Source: Polyangiales bacterium (GTDB lineage: Bacteria > Myxococcota_A > Polyangia > Polyangiales > Ga0077539). From it: a DNA stretch of 64,000 nt. The notes under the pieces are model-generated. The model was given only the letters and a program-made list of their open reading frames with translations, searched no databases and was not told where the DNA came from. This document shows, piece after piece, positions 43,338-53,451 of the stretch. The stretch's first letter is position 1, and each line of letters opens with the position of its first letter. The translations under genes and the position numbers were made by a program. Location of the stretch: positions 128,001 to 192,000 of the forward strand of contig JBGARZ010000002.1 of the NCBI GenBank assembly GCA_044229975.1. Reading direction: 5' to 3'.

Positions 43338-45498
43338 CCGCGAGACCCTTGAGGGTCATCGGGTTGCGCATGTAGCGGGCGCCCTCCTCGACCGTCACCT
43401 GCCCCGCCTTCACGAGCTCGAAGACCGCGCGGTCCATCGTCACCATGCCGTCGCGCAGGCCCGTCTCCATGGTGCTGAGGAGCTGGTGCGTCTTGCCCTC
43501 GCGGATGATCGAACGCACCGCCGCCGTGGCCACCATCACCTCGAAGGCTGCCACGCGCCCCTTGCCGTCGGCGCGCGCCAGGAGCCGCTGCGACACCACG
43601 GCCTGGAGCGCCGCGGAGAGCTGCACGCGCGCCTGCGACTGCTGGTGCGGCGGGAAGACGTCCACCATGCGATCGACGGTCTGCGGCGCGTCGTTGGTGT
43701 GCAGCGTGGCGAGGACGAGGTGACCGGTCTCGGCCGCGGTGAGGGCCGCGGAGATGGTCTCGATGTCGCGCAGCTCGCCGATGAGGATGACGTCCGGGTC
43801 CTGCCGCAGGATGAACTTCAGCGCCGCCGCGAAGCTGCGGGTGTCGGGGCCTACCTCGCGCTGCTCCACCGTCGCCATGCGGTTGTAGTGAACGAACTCG
43901 ATCGGGTCTTCGATGGTGATGATGTGGCAGCTGCGCGACGAGTTGACCTGGTCGATGATGGTCGCGAGCGTGGTGCTCTTGCCCGCCCCCGTGGGCCCCG
44001 TGACGAGCACGAGCCCGTGGGGCCGCGTGGCGAACTCGCGCACCACCGGAGGCAGCCCGAGGGTGGCGGCGTCGGGGATGCTGTTGGGGATGAGTCGCAG
44101 CGCCACGGCCACGGTGCCGCGCTGGAAGTGGGCGTTGACGCGGAAGCGGTGCTTGCCGGTGACGGTGAGGGCGAAGTCGAGCTCGCGGTCGATCTCGAAG
44201 CTCTCGCGCTGGCCATGGGAGAGCAGCGAGAAGAGCAGGCGCCGCACGTCGCCCGGCGAGAGCGAGTCGACCTCCAGGCGCCGCAGCTTGCCGTGGATGC
44301 GGAAGATGGGAGCGGAGCCCGTCACGAGGTGGATGTCGCTCGCCCCGTAGCGCAGCGCGATGTTGAGCAGCGTGCGCATGTCGACGCTGCCGACGGCGGG
44401 CAGGGCGTCGTGCTCGGCCACGAAGGCCGCCGAGCCGCGCTCCATGCCCTGCGCGTTCATGCGGAACTCATCCGGGTTGCTCGCGTACGCCGCGCCCGTC
44501 TCGTAGGTCACGACGCCCTTCTCGTAGAGCTGCACGAGCGAGCGGTTGAAGGTCTGCATGCCGTCGCCGGCCTGCACCATGAGGTCTTCGATCTCGTCGA
44601 CGCGCTGCTCGCGGATGAGCTTCTTCACCGGCGGCGTGCCGACCATGACCTCCACCGCGGCCACGCGCCCTTCGCCCTCCGCGCGCGGCACGAGCCGCTG
44701 CGACACGATGCCCTGGAGGCAGATGGAGAGGTCCATCGCGACCTGCTCGCGCAGGTGCTCGGGGTAATAGCCGAGGATGCGCTGGAGCGTCTGGAGCGAG
44801 TCGATGGTGTGCACGCTGCTCAGCACGAGGTGACCCGTGAGCGCCGCGGAGAGCGCGACGTTCATGGTCTCCGCGTCGCGCATCTCGCCGATGAGGATGA
44901 CGTCGGGGCTCTCGCGCACCACGTGGCGGAGCGCGAGCGTGAAGTCGCGCGTGTCGCTGCCCACCTCGCGCTGCGTGACCACCGCCTTCATGTCCTCGTG
45001 CACGAACTCGATGGGGTCTTCGAGCGTCACGATGTGCCGCGCGTAGCGGGCGTTGATGTGGTGCACCATCGCCGCCAGCGTCGTGCTCTTGCCCGACCCG
45101 GTGCTCCCGGTGACGAGCACGAGCCCACGCGTGCACTCGGCCAGCGTCCCGCACACCGCCGGCAGGCCGAGCACCTCGAAGTCGAGCTGCCCGCCGGGCA
45201 CGAGGCGGATGACGGCGCCGAGCAACCCCCGCTGGAGATGGAAGTGCGCGCGAAAGCGACCGAGGCCCGGTCGGCTCAGGCCCACGTCGACGTCGCCGAG
45301 ACGATCGAAGGCATCGCGCTGCGTCGGCCGCAGCACCACGCCCATGAAGTCCTTCAGGATCTCGTGTTCGAGCGGCGGCATCTTCAGCGCGACGAGCGCG
45401 CCGTTGACGCGCATCGCAGGCGCGCGACCTTCCGCGAGGAAGAGGTCAGAGGCCCGGTCGTCCACCATCCGCCTGAGGAGATCTTCTACGTCGGCCAT
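43330..45498 (-). CDS. pilT: Tandem (double-domain) PilT/PilU type IV pilus retraction ATPase
   Basis: Two full PilT units: ASDLFL/ASDIHL, GSTGSGKST/GPTGAGKST, EDPIEF, PDVILIGE, His boxes. Confidence 0.9.
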   Translation of the reverse strand: MADVEDLLRRMVDDRASDLFLAEGRAPAMRVNGALVALKMPPLEHEILKDFMGVVLRPTQRDAFDRLGDVDVGLSRPGLGRFRAHFHLQRGLLGAVIRLVPGGQLDFEVLGLPAVCGTLAECTRGLVLVTGSTGSGKSTTLAAMVHHINARYARHIVTLEDPIEFVHEDMKAVVTQREVGSDTRDFTLALRHVVRESPDVILIGEMRDAETMNVALSAALTGHLVLSSVHTIDSLQTLQRILGYYPEHLREQVAMDLSICLQGIVSQRLVPRAEGEGRVAAVEVMVGTPPVKKLIREQRVDEIEDLMVQAGDGMQTFNRSLVQLYEKGVVTYETGAAYASNPDEFRMNAQGMERGSAAFVAEHDALPAVGSVDMRTLLNIALRYGASDIHLVTGSAPIFRIHGKLRRLEVDSLSPGDVRRLLFSLLSHGQRESFEIDRELDFALTVTGKHRFRVNAHFQRGTVAVALRLIPNSIPDAATLGLPPVVREFATRPHGLVLVTGPTGAGKSTTLATIIDQVNSSRSCHIITIEDPIEFVHYNRMATVEQREVGPDTRSFAAALKFILRQDPDVILIGELRDIETISAALTAAETGHLVLATLHTNDAPQTVDRMVDVFPPHQQSQARVQLSAALQAVVSQRLLARADGKGRVAAFEVMVATAAVRSIIREGKTHQLLSTMETGLRDGMVTMDRAVFELVKAGQVTVEEGARYMRNPMTLKGLADG

Positions 45499-45532
45499 CG
45501 CACAGCGACGATGCCCGTTTCGCCCCGCAGCA

Positions 45533-46900
45533 TCAACGATTGCGTAGGCCGAGCTGCTCGGCGAGGTTCATCGGGCCGAACTTCTCCCGCAGCTCCTTGA
45601 GCGACGCGTGCGTGGGGTCGAGCCGCATCACCGCTTCGATGGACGCGCGCGCGCTCGCCTTCAGCCCCGCCTTCAAGAACACCGTCGCCAGCAGCACGTG
45701 CGCCTTCACGTTGTTGGGCTCGGCCATCACCACGCGCTGCGCGAGGTCGGTCGCCCGCTTGTGCTCGCGCGTGTACTTGCCCACCACCTCGGCCGCGTTG
45801 AGGAGGAGCTGGAAGTCCGTCGGCCTTCCCTCCCACGCGCGCTCCCAGTGCTGCGCCGCGACCTGCGCCTGACCCTCGCGCATCGCGTCGCGCGCCTGGT
45901 TGATGTGCGTGTCGACCTGCTGCGTCACGACGAGCTTGCGCATCGCCTCGTAGCGGAGGCGCAGCGCCTCGTCGTCCTTCTTCATCGCGAGGGCGCTCTT
46001 CAGCGCCTCGGCCGCCGCGGTGAAGTCGCCCTTCTTCTGCGCCTCTTCGGCGGTGGCGATGAACTGCGCGACCGACGCGGCGCGATCGACCTGCGCCACC
46101 TGCCCATGCGACCCGGGCGGCCCGGGCATGTGAACCTGGTTGGGGGACGACGGTCGGGGCGCGGGCCCGCCGGGCGGTCGCGGACCACCGGGCATCGCCG
46201 AGCTCAGGCGTCGGGCCATGGACTCCCGTGCGCGCCGCAGCGTCTCGGGGTCGAGCGGCTGGAGCGGGAGCGCCGGGGTCATCTTGGCCGACGGGTTTGG
46301 TGCGGCGACTGGTGCCGCAACCGGTGCGACGGGCGCGTGAGGCACCACCGCGCTGCCCAGCGGCGGCATCACGGGGCGCGGGGCGGTACGCATCGGCGGT
46401 GGCGGGTTGGGCGCGGGCGGCGCAGAGCTCACGTGAGGTGCGGGCGGCGTGCTGAGCGTGACCACCGAGCGGATACGCGGGGCGCCGTCGACCGTCGGGA
46501 CGTTGGGCTGCGTGGCGGCGGCCCTGCGGGCCGCGGTCGCGAGGATGTCCTGCACCTCAGGCACCGCCGGCGGCGGGCGCGACGGCGACTCCAGCGAGGC
46601 GATGTGGAGGTCGTACCCGGCGCGCTGCCTGGCGTTGCCGAGCACGTCGTAGGCGCGGGTGAGCACGCGGAAGAGCTCGTCGATGCGGGCGCGATACGGC
46701 CCGAGGGAGCGCTTGAAGAACACGTCGGGGTGGAAGCGCTGCGACAGGGCGAAGTAGGCGTCGCGGATGGTGCGCCGGTCGGCGTCGCGGGCCACGCCGA
46801 GGATCTCGTAGTGAGTCGAGGTCAACCGACGCTCGTAGATGGCGTCGATGGTCTGACGCTCCTCTTCGCTCAACTCGACCAGGTCGCCTGCGTCGCTCAT
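45533..46900 (-). CDS. J-domain protein with Pro-rich linker and C-terminal TPRs
   Basis: THYEILGV...FHPD J domain; TPR-like C-terminus. Confidence 0.85.
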   Translation of the reverse strand: MSDAGDLVELSEEERQTIDAIYERRLTSTHYEILGVARDADRRTIRDAYFALSQRFHPDVFFKRSLGPYRARIDELFRVLTRAYDVLGNARQRAGYDLHIASLESPSRPPPAVPEVQDILATAARRAAATQPNVPTVDGAPRIRSVVTLSTPPAPHVSSAPPAPNPPPPMRTAPRPVMPPLGSAVVPHAPVAPVAAPVAAPNPSAKMTPALPLQPLDPETLRRARESMARRLSSAMPGGPRPPGGPAPRPSSPNQVHMPGPPGSHGQVAQVDRAASVAQFIATAEEAQKKGDFTAAAEALKSALAMKKDDEALRLRYEAMRKLVVTQQVDTHINQARDAMREGQAQVAAQHWERAWEGRPTDFQLLLNAAEVVGKYTREHKRATDLAQRVVMAEPNNVKAHVLLATVFLKAGLKASARASIEAVMRLDPTHASLKELREKFGPMNLAEQLGLRNR

Positions 46901-47020
46901 GGGCTCCGTTGTACCTCACGCGGGGGAATTGGGATCTGCGGCCCCCGACGATATCCGACCGCTCCGTCCGGTGCACGGTCACCCGCACCATCAGGTGGGT
47001 TGGCGGTACAACCTCCGCCG

Positions 47021-48205
47021 ATGCGCATCGCCCACCTCGCCGACCTCCACATCGGGCGGGTCTTCCACGGCCAGTCGCTCATCCCCGACCAGCGCCACAT
47101 CCTGGAGCAGATCACCGCCCGGCTGCGCGCCGCCGAGGTCGATGTGCTCGTGCTCGCGGGCGATCTCTACGACCGCGCGCTGCCGAGCCGCGACGCGGTG
47201 CGCCTCGTCGATGACTTCCTCCACGAGGCCCGCGCGAGCCTGGGGCTTCCTGTCATCGCGATCGCTGGAAATCACGACAGCGGCGAGCACCTCGGCTTCG
47301 GTGCCTGGATGTTCGCGCAGGGCGACCTGCACCTCCGCGGTCGCATCGACGGACCCCTGCGCCCCGTCACCCTCGAAGACCGCCACGGCGAGGTGACGTT
47401 TTACCCGGTTCCGTATGTCGAGCCCGAGGGCGCCGCCGCGCTCTTCGTTCCTCCCGGGGCCGAGGCGCCCGTCATCGGCGGCACGCTCACCCACGGCGAG
47501 ACCGTCGAAGCGCTGCTCGCGCCCGCGCACGAGCACCGCGTGGCGCACGGCGTCCGCCGCTCGGTGGTCATCGCCCACGCCTTCGTGCGGGGCGCCGTGG
47601 CACCGATCGAGTCGCCGCGCTCGGAGCGGAGCCTCTACCTGGGCAACGTGGGCGCGGTGCCCGCGTCGCACTTCGACGGGTTCTCCTACGTGGCCCTCGG
47701 GCACCTGCACCGCCCGCAGTGGATCGGCGACGACCGAAGGCTGCGCTACGCGGGCGCTCCCCTGCGCTACGCCTTCGAGGAGACCGACGACCCGCGCACC
47801 CTCTCGGTGGTGACCGTCGACGCGGACGGTGCGTGCACGCTCGAAGAAGAGACGCTCTCCCCGCGACGCGCGCTCGGTCGGGTGCGCGGTGACCTCGCGA
47901 CCCTGCTCGGCGACCCGGCGCTGGAGCCATACACGACCCGGTATGTGCAGGCCGTGCTGACGGACCCGTTGGTCCCACAGCAAGCGATGGACCGACTGCG
48001 CGAGCGCTTTCCACACCTGCTCGAACTTCGCCGCGCACCCTCGCCTGGCGAGCCGCTGGTCGTCGCGGCGCAAGGCACCACGGAGCACCGCGGCCCGGCG
48101 GAGGTCTTCGAGGACTTCTTCCGGCGGCATGGCTCGGGAGAAGTGACCGCCGCCGACCGTGCGGTCTTCGCCGAAGCGCTTCGGGCCACCGAGGAACCCG
48201 CGTGA
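47021..48205 (+). CDS. sbcD: Exonuclease SbcCD subunit D (Mre11 homolog)
   Basis: DLHIG, GDLYD, GNHDS, AHAF, LGHLH phosphoesterase motifs. Confidence 0.93.
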   Translation: MRIAHLADLHIGRVFHGQSLIPDQRHILEQITARLRAAEVDVLVLAGDLYDRALPSRDAVRLVDDFLHEARASLGLPVIAIAGNHDSGEHLGFGAWMFAQGDLHLRGRIDGPLRPVTLEDRHGEVTFYPVPYVEPEGAAALFVPPGAEAPVIGGTLTHGETVEALLAPAHEHRVAHGVRRSVVIAHAFVRGAVAPIESPRSERSLYLGNVGAVPASHFDGFSYVALGHLHRPQWIGDDRRLRYAGAPLRYAFEETDDPRTLSVVTVDADGACTLEEETLSPRRALGRVRGDLATLLGDPALEPYTTRYVQAVLTDPLVPQQAMDRLRERFPHLLELRRAPSPGEPLVVAAQGTTEHRGPAEVFEDFFRRHGSGEVTAADRAVFAEALRATEEPA

Positions 48206-51200
48206 AGCCCCACTCCCTCACGCTGCGGCAGTTTGGTCCCTACGCCGACCACACCGTCGACATCGAACCCTTCCACGGCGCCGGGCTCTTCCTCATCCAC
48301 GGCGACACGGGCTCGGGCAAGAGCACGCTGCTCGACGCCATGTCGTGGGCGCTCTATGGCCGCGGCCTCGGCGACCGCACCACCGACGAGATGATCCGCA
48401 ACGTCGGCGCACCGCCCGAGCTCCCCACCGAGGCGTCGCTGGAGTTCTCGCTCGGCCCGCGTCGCTACCGGGTCACGCGCACGCTGGAGCCCGAGCGCAC
48501 CTCCCGCCGCGGAACCGTCAAGCGCGCCCGCACCACCGCCTCGCTCCAGTGCCTCGCGGGCGATCCGCAGTTCGCGGTGGTGGGCGGAGCGAAGGAGGTC
48601 ACCCAGGCGATCGCCAACCTATTGCAGCTCCCGCACGAGCAGTTCTCGCGGGTGATCGTGCTCCCGCAGGGTGAGTTTCGCGACCTGCTCCTGGCGTCGG
48701 CGAAGCAGCGCGAGCAGCTGCTGGAGCACCTCTTCGGCACCGAGCGCTACGCCCGCATCGAGGAGCACCTCCGCACGCTCGATCAGGCCGCGCGCGCCAC
48801 CCTCGACCGCGCCGACGCCGCCATCGCGGCGGTCTTCGCTGCGGTCGGAGCCGTCGACCTTCCCGACCTCGACGCCAAGGCCGCCGACGCCCGCCGACGC
48901 CTCGCCGAGGGAGACATCGCCATCGCCGAGGCGCGCGCCGCGGCCGACGCCACCCTCGCGGCGAAGTCGTCCGCGCGCGAGCAGGAGCGCCGCAACGAGC
49001 GCCGCCGCGCTCACCTCGCCGCGCTGCGCGAGATCTCCGACGCCGAAGCGACGATCGGGCAGGTCCGCGCGCGCCTCGACCGGGCCGTCGCTGCGGGCCG
49101 TTGTCTCGACCACGTCACTCGTTGGCGTGCCGCAACGGCCGCCCGCGAGCGACGACGCATGCAGCTCGACGAGGCCCGCGCGGCGTGCAGGCGCCTCGGG
49201 GTCGAGCTCACTGCGGACGAGTTCGACCCCGCCGGCCTCGAAGCGCGGGAGGCGTCGCTGCGGGACAACGCGGGTCGGGCCGCTGCGATGCGGGTGTTGG
49301 CCGACGACGCACTCCGCATCGCCGCCCTGGAGCGCGACATTCGAGAGGGCCACGACACCATCGAACGCCTCGTGGCCTCGCTCGCATCGCGCGAGCTGGC
49401 TGTCGCCGACGCGGCCGCGCGGCGGGACGAACTCGACGCCCTGGTGGCCGCCCACGACGCCGCGCTCTCCGACGAAGCTTCCCTGCGCGCTCGCCTCGAC
49501 AACCTCGTCGCGCGGCTGCAGCGCGCCGTCGATCGACGGTCGCAGGAGGACGCCTTGCGTGGGCTCGAGCGCGCGCTCCGCAACGCTCGCTCGCTCGAAC
49601 GCGACGCCGACGAGGCCTGGCGCGAGGCGTCGGCCGCCGACGAGCGCACCCGACGAGCGCACCTGCACGCGGAGGCCGTGAGCCTGGCCGCGAGGCTCGT
49701 CGCGGGAGAGCCGTGCGTGGTCTGCGGTTCGCGCGAGCATCCCGCTCCCGCGGTCGCTCTGGAAGTACCGCCGTCCGCTCCCGCGGGTGATGCCGCTCGG
49801 GTGGAGGAGCTGGCGGCGAAGCGCGAGAAGGCTCGGCGTGAGGTGCTGACGCTGGAGGTGCGAGTCGAGGAGGCGACCGCGGCGCTGCGCTCGGGCGGAG
49901 ACGCGGAACCCACGGACGAGGAGGCACTGACCGCGGAGGTGGCGTTGGGTCGCGACGCGCTCGCGACGCTGAGGCGCCGACGCCTCGACCTGGACGCCCT
50001 GCGACGGAAGCGGTCGACGCTGGTCGAGGAGTACGACCGCAACTCCGCTGCGATCGGCCCCGAACGCGCGAACCTCATCGGCCTGCGAGCGCGCGTGGCG
50101 ACGATGGAGGAGACGGCGGCCCGTGGCCGAGCGCGCCTGTCCGACGCAGGAGTGGACCCGGCGCGCCTCGAAGAGACGCTCACGGCGCTCGACGATGCCA
50201 TCGCGCGGGAGACCGAGTCGCTCCGCGCGGCGAAGTCGCGTCGTGACGATGCGACCCGACGGCTCGCGGCGGCGGAAGGAGCGACGCCAGCGTTGGAGGC
50301 CGCGCTCGACCGCGCGTCGGCCCTGGTGGATGAGGCACAGGAGCACCTTCGCGTGGCGATGCGGGAGGGAGCCTTCGACGATGAAGCCGCGGTGGAGTCG
50401 GCGGTGCTCACGGCCGAGGAGAGCGCCCGGCTGCGCCACCAGGTGGAGTCTCACGTCCGGTCCGGGGCGATGCATCGCGAGGCGATCGACGTGTTGGGGC
50501 CCGAGGAGTCCGACGCTTCGGCGCTGGTGCGCTCCCTCGCGGAGGCTGAAGCGGGGCAACGGACGCGGCTCGACGCGCTCCAACGCGAGGCGGGCGTCGC
50601 GCAGTCGCTGCTCGCAGCCCTCGAACGCCATCGGCATACGCTCGCGACGGCGAGCGCGGCGAGGGAGACGGCGGCGGCCCGCTCCCGCGAGGTGCGCCGC
50701 GTGTCCGAGGCGGCCAACGGCAAGGGTCCGACGAAGGTACGCCTTAGCCGCTATGTGCTGCTCGACCTCTTCGACCGCGTGGTCGCGAGCGCCAGCGCGA
50801 GCCTGGAGGCGGTGAGCGATGGGCGATATCGCCTCCGTCGGCAGGAGCGCGCGTTGACGGGTCACGAGTTCGATCTGGTCGTCGACGATGCGTACGTCGG
50901 CGGAGCGCCGCGACCGGCGGCGAGCCTCTCGGGGGGCGAGGTGTTTCTCGCGTCGTTGGCGATGGCGCTCGGGCTGGGCGAGGTGCTCCAGGCGTGGTCG
51001 GGCGGCATCCGCGTGGAGTCGCTCTTCGTCGACGAGGGCTTCGGCGCGCTCGACGAGGACACCATCGAGCGCGCCATCGAGCTGCTCGAACGCCTCCCCT
51101 GCGGCGCCCGTATGGTGGGCGTCGTGTCGCACGTGCCCGAGCTCCGCAAGCGCATCCCCGCGCGTCTGGAGGTGCTCCGTGGCGACCGCGGTACGCACAC

Positions 51201-51234
51201 CCGGTGTTCACTGCGTCATCGCGGTGGCCGTTGA
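48202..51234 (+). CDS. sbcC: SbcC SMC-like ATPase (Rad50 homolog)
   Basis: GDTGSGKST, LPQGEF Q-loop, CVVCGSREHP zinc hook, LSGGE, LFVDEGFGALD, SHV. Confidence 0.93.
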   Translation: MKPHSLTLRQFGPYADHTVDIEPFHGAGLFLIHGDTGSGKSTLLDAMSWALYGRGLGDRTTDEMIRNVGAPPELPTEASLEFSLGPRRYRVTRTLEPERTSRRGTVKRARTTASLQCLAGDPQFAVVGGAKEVTQAIANLLQLPHEQFSRVIVLPQGEFRDLLLASAKQREQLLEHLFGTERYARIEEHLRTLDQAARATLDRADAAIAAVFAAVGAVDLPDLDAKAADARRRLAEGDIAIAEARAAADATLAAKSSAREQERRNERRRAHLAALREISDAEATIGQVRARLDRAVAAGRCLDHVTRWRAATAARERRRMQLDEARAACRRLGVELTADEFDPAGLEAREASLRDNAGRAAAMRVLADDALRIAALERDIREGHDTIERLVASLASRELAVADAAARRDELDALVAAHDAALSDEASLRARLDNLVARLQRAVDRRSQEDALRGLERALRNARSLERDADEAWREASAADERTRRAHLHAEAVSLAARLVAGEPCVVCGSREHPAPAVALEVPPSAPAGDAARVEELAAKREKARREVLTLEVRVEEATAALRSGGDAEPTDEEALTAEVALGRDALATLRRRRLDLDALRRKRSTLVEEYDRNSAAIGPERANLIGLRARVATMEETAARGRARLSDAGVDPARLEETLTALDDAIARETESLRAAKSRRDDATRRLAAAEGATPALEAALDRASALVDEAQEHLRVAMREGAFDDEAAVESAVLTAEESARLRHQVESHVRSGAMHREAIDVLGPEESDASALVRSLAEAEAGQRTRLDALQREAGVAQSLLAALERHRHTLATASAARETAAARSREVRRVSEAANGKGPTKVRLSRYVLLDLFDRVVASASASLEAVSDGRYRLRRQERALTGHEFDLVVDDAYVGGAPRPAASLSGGEVFLASLAMALGLGEVLQAWSGGIRVESLFVDEGFGALDEDTIERAIELLERLPCGARMVGVVSHVPELRKRIPARLEVLRGDRGTHTRCSLRHRGGR

Positions 51235-51266
51235 CGGATCGACCTTCCTCAAGCAGACCGCTGGGC

Positions 51267-52268
51267 ATGCGTCGAACCGCGATCCTGGGTGTTGGTCACT
51301 ACGTTCCGACCCGCGTCGTCACCAACGACGACCTGGCGAAGCTCTTCAACACGAGCGACGAATGGATCGTGCAGCGCTCCGGCATCCGCGAGCGCCGCTA
51401 CATCGAGGGCGACGGCGTGTTCGCCAGCGACCTCGCGGTGCCCGCGTGCAAGATGGCCTGCGAGCGGGCCGGCGTGGCGCTCTCCGAGATCGACGCGATC
51501 ATCTTCGCGACGCTCTCGCCCGACGCCTTCTTCCCAGGCACCGGGTGCTTCCTGCAAGCGAAGCTCGGCCTGCCGGGCATCCCCGCGCTCGACATCCGCA
51601 ACCAGTGCTCTGGCTTCCTCTACGGGCTCTCCATCGCGGATGCGTGGATCCGTGCTGGTGTCTACCGCCGCGTCCTCCTCGTGGGCGCCGAGGTGCACTC
51701 CACCGGACTCGACTTCTCCGACGCGGGCCGCGATGTGACCGTGCTCTTCGGCGACGGCGCCGGCGCCGTGGTGCTCGGTCCGACCGAGGAGGAGGGCCGT
51801 GGCCTGTTGAGCCTCACCCTCGGCGCCGACGGCCGCGGCGCCACCGACCTCTGGATCGAGGCGCCCTCCTCGGGCCGCTCGCCCGACCGCATCACCAAGG
51901 AGATGATCGACGAGCGCCGCCACTTCACCCGGATGAACGGCAAGCAGGTCTTCCGCTGGGCCACCGAGAAGATGCCCGAGGCGTCGCGCGCGGTGCTCGC
52001 CGAGGCGGGGCAGACCACCGCCGACATCGACCTCTTCGTCCCGCACCAGGCCAACCTCCGCATCAACGAGCTCGTCGCCCGCAAGCTCGAACTCCCCATG
52101 GACAAGGTCGTCACGACCATCGACCGCTACGGCAACACGACGGCCGCCTCGATCCCGCTGTCGCTCTCCGAGGCGCTCATCGCCAACCGCGCGGGTCCCG
52201 GCTCGCTCGTGCTCTTCGCCGCCTTCGGCAGCGGCTACACCTGGGGCGCCGGTATCGTCCGACTCTGA
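51267..52268 (+). CDS. fabH: Beta-ketoacyl-ACP synthase III family
   Basis: NQCSGF, FGDGAGA, PHQAN, GNTTAAS catalytic triad. Confidence 0.92.
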   Translation: MRRTAILGVGHYVPTRVVTNDDLAKLFNTSDEWIVQRSGIRERRYIEGDGVFASDLAVPACKMACERAGVALSEIDAIIFATLSPDAFFPGTGCFLQAKLGLPGIPALDIRNQCSGFLYGLSIADAWIRAGVYRRVLLVGAEVHSTGLDFSDAGRDVTVLFGDGAGAVVLGPTEEEGRGLLSLTLGADGRGATDLWIEAPSSGRSPDRITKEMIDERRHFTRMNGKQVFRWATEKMPEASRAVLAEAGQTTADIDLFVPHQANLRINELVARKLELPMDKVVTTIDRYGNTTAASIPLSLSEALIANRAGPGSLVLFAAFGSGYTWGAGIVRL

Positions 52269-52269
52269 G

Positions 52270-53379
52270 CTACTGACGCCGTGTCGACGGTTGCACGACG
52301 TGCGTCACGCCGAAGCGCCCCTGGGTGCGGCGCACGGCGTAGCGACCGTCGGGCGGGGCCTTCGACACCGGGCACAGCGCCGCCGCATTGAAGGGGCACG
52401 CCCGGCACTTGCCGCGCGCCACGGTGCCTTCGGGGGAGCGCTCGCCGGTCCAGTACGAGGTCGCCCAGTGGAGGTCGCGCTCGACCCGCTGGCGCGAGTG
52501 GCGGAAGACCCACAGCCCGTACGCCTCGTCGTCGACGCGCCGCACCGTCAGCCCTGAGAGCGGGTCAGGCAATCCGCTCGGGGGTCGCGCGTCGGTGGCG
52601 CTCAAGCCCGCGCGCGCCACCTCGAAGGCCGCTTCGGCGATGGTGTGTGCGAGCGCGTCGTTGACCCGTCGACCGCGCGGCAGCACCGCCACTCCGTAGA
52701 GCAGTCGATCGGTCTGGAACCCCATGGACTCCAGCATCCGGCCGTACGCCTCGACCTGCACCACGTGCGACGGAAACAGCTCGCGTCGCCCCGAGAATTT
52801 GAACTCCAGCACCAGCCGCGCGCGCCGCCCTTCGAGGTGGATGCGGTCGGCCCGACCCACGAGGCGCACCCCGTGTATCTCCGCCGTCACGGGCATCTCT
52901 ACCAGCTCCAGCGGCTCGCCCGCGGTGATGGCTTCGCTGATCTCCTGCTGCGAGATCTCCTCGGCCTCGGCCTCGAAGGCAGCGTGCCCGGCGGCGCCCG
53001 CTGCGAGCTCGGCGCTCTCGGTGCGAAGCGTGTGCGTCCGCGCGAGGTGCACCTGCATCTCGCAATAGAACTGGTTGGCCAGCGTGCTCACCGACACCCG
53101 GGGAGGGCCCGCCATGCGCGGCCCTTCGACGAAGCGACGAATCGCGGGCAGGCGCTCGGCGGTGAAGAGCGCGTCGAGGGTGGTCTCCATCCCGAAGCGG
53201 CGGAGCGAGGCGTAGTAGCGACCGACGGGTTCGGGGAAGATCCCCGCGCCGTGCAGGGCCTCCCACACGGCCCGAGGCGACCCGAGCGCGCCGACGATCT
53301 CGTAGAACCGCGGCGCGAGCGTGGCCCGCGCGTGTGCGATTTCGAGGAGATGGGGCAGGTCGAGGAGCGGGGGGTTCAT
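52270..53379 (-). CDS. Cas4/Exo5-like PD-(D/E)XK nuclease with Fe-S cysteine staple
   Basis: SVSTLANQFYCE, G..GH, GRAD, EFK, QVEAY, C-terminal CRAC-x7-C. Confidence 0.85.
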   Translation of the reverse strand: MNPPLLDLPHLLEIAHARATLAPRFYEIVGALGSPRAVWEALHGAGIFPEPVGRYYASLRRFGMETTLDALFTAERLPAIRRFVEGPRMAGPPRVSVSTLANQFYCEMQVHLARTHTLRTESAELAAGAAGHAAFEAEAEEISQQEISEAITAGEPLELVEMPVTAEIHGVRLVGRADRIHLEGRRARLVLEFKFSGRRELFPSHVVQVEAYGRMLESMGFQTDRLLYGVAVLPRGRRVNDALAHTIAEAAFEVARAGLSATDARPPSGLPDPLSGLTVRRVDDEAYGLWVFRHSRQRVERDLHWATSYWTGERSPEGTVARGKCRACPFNAAALCPVSKAPPDGRYAVRRTQGRFGVTHVVQPSTRRQ

Positions 53380-53451
53380 CGTCGAGGGAGGACGGGCGCA
53401 GTGTATCCCGACTCCCCCGACGGGAGCGCCGAACATCCCGAGGTCGGGCGT

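Noticed and set aside
47021..51234. SMC-based defence system (Wadjet/Lamassu)
   Set aside because: Mre11-type phosphoesterase plus zinc-hook ATPase is canonical SbcDC; no jet or lmu partners adjacent
52270..53379. CRISPR-Cas locus suggested by the Cas4-like gene
   Set aside because: No repeat-spacer array and no cas1/cas2 or effector genes in the window; the context is an annealase operon
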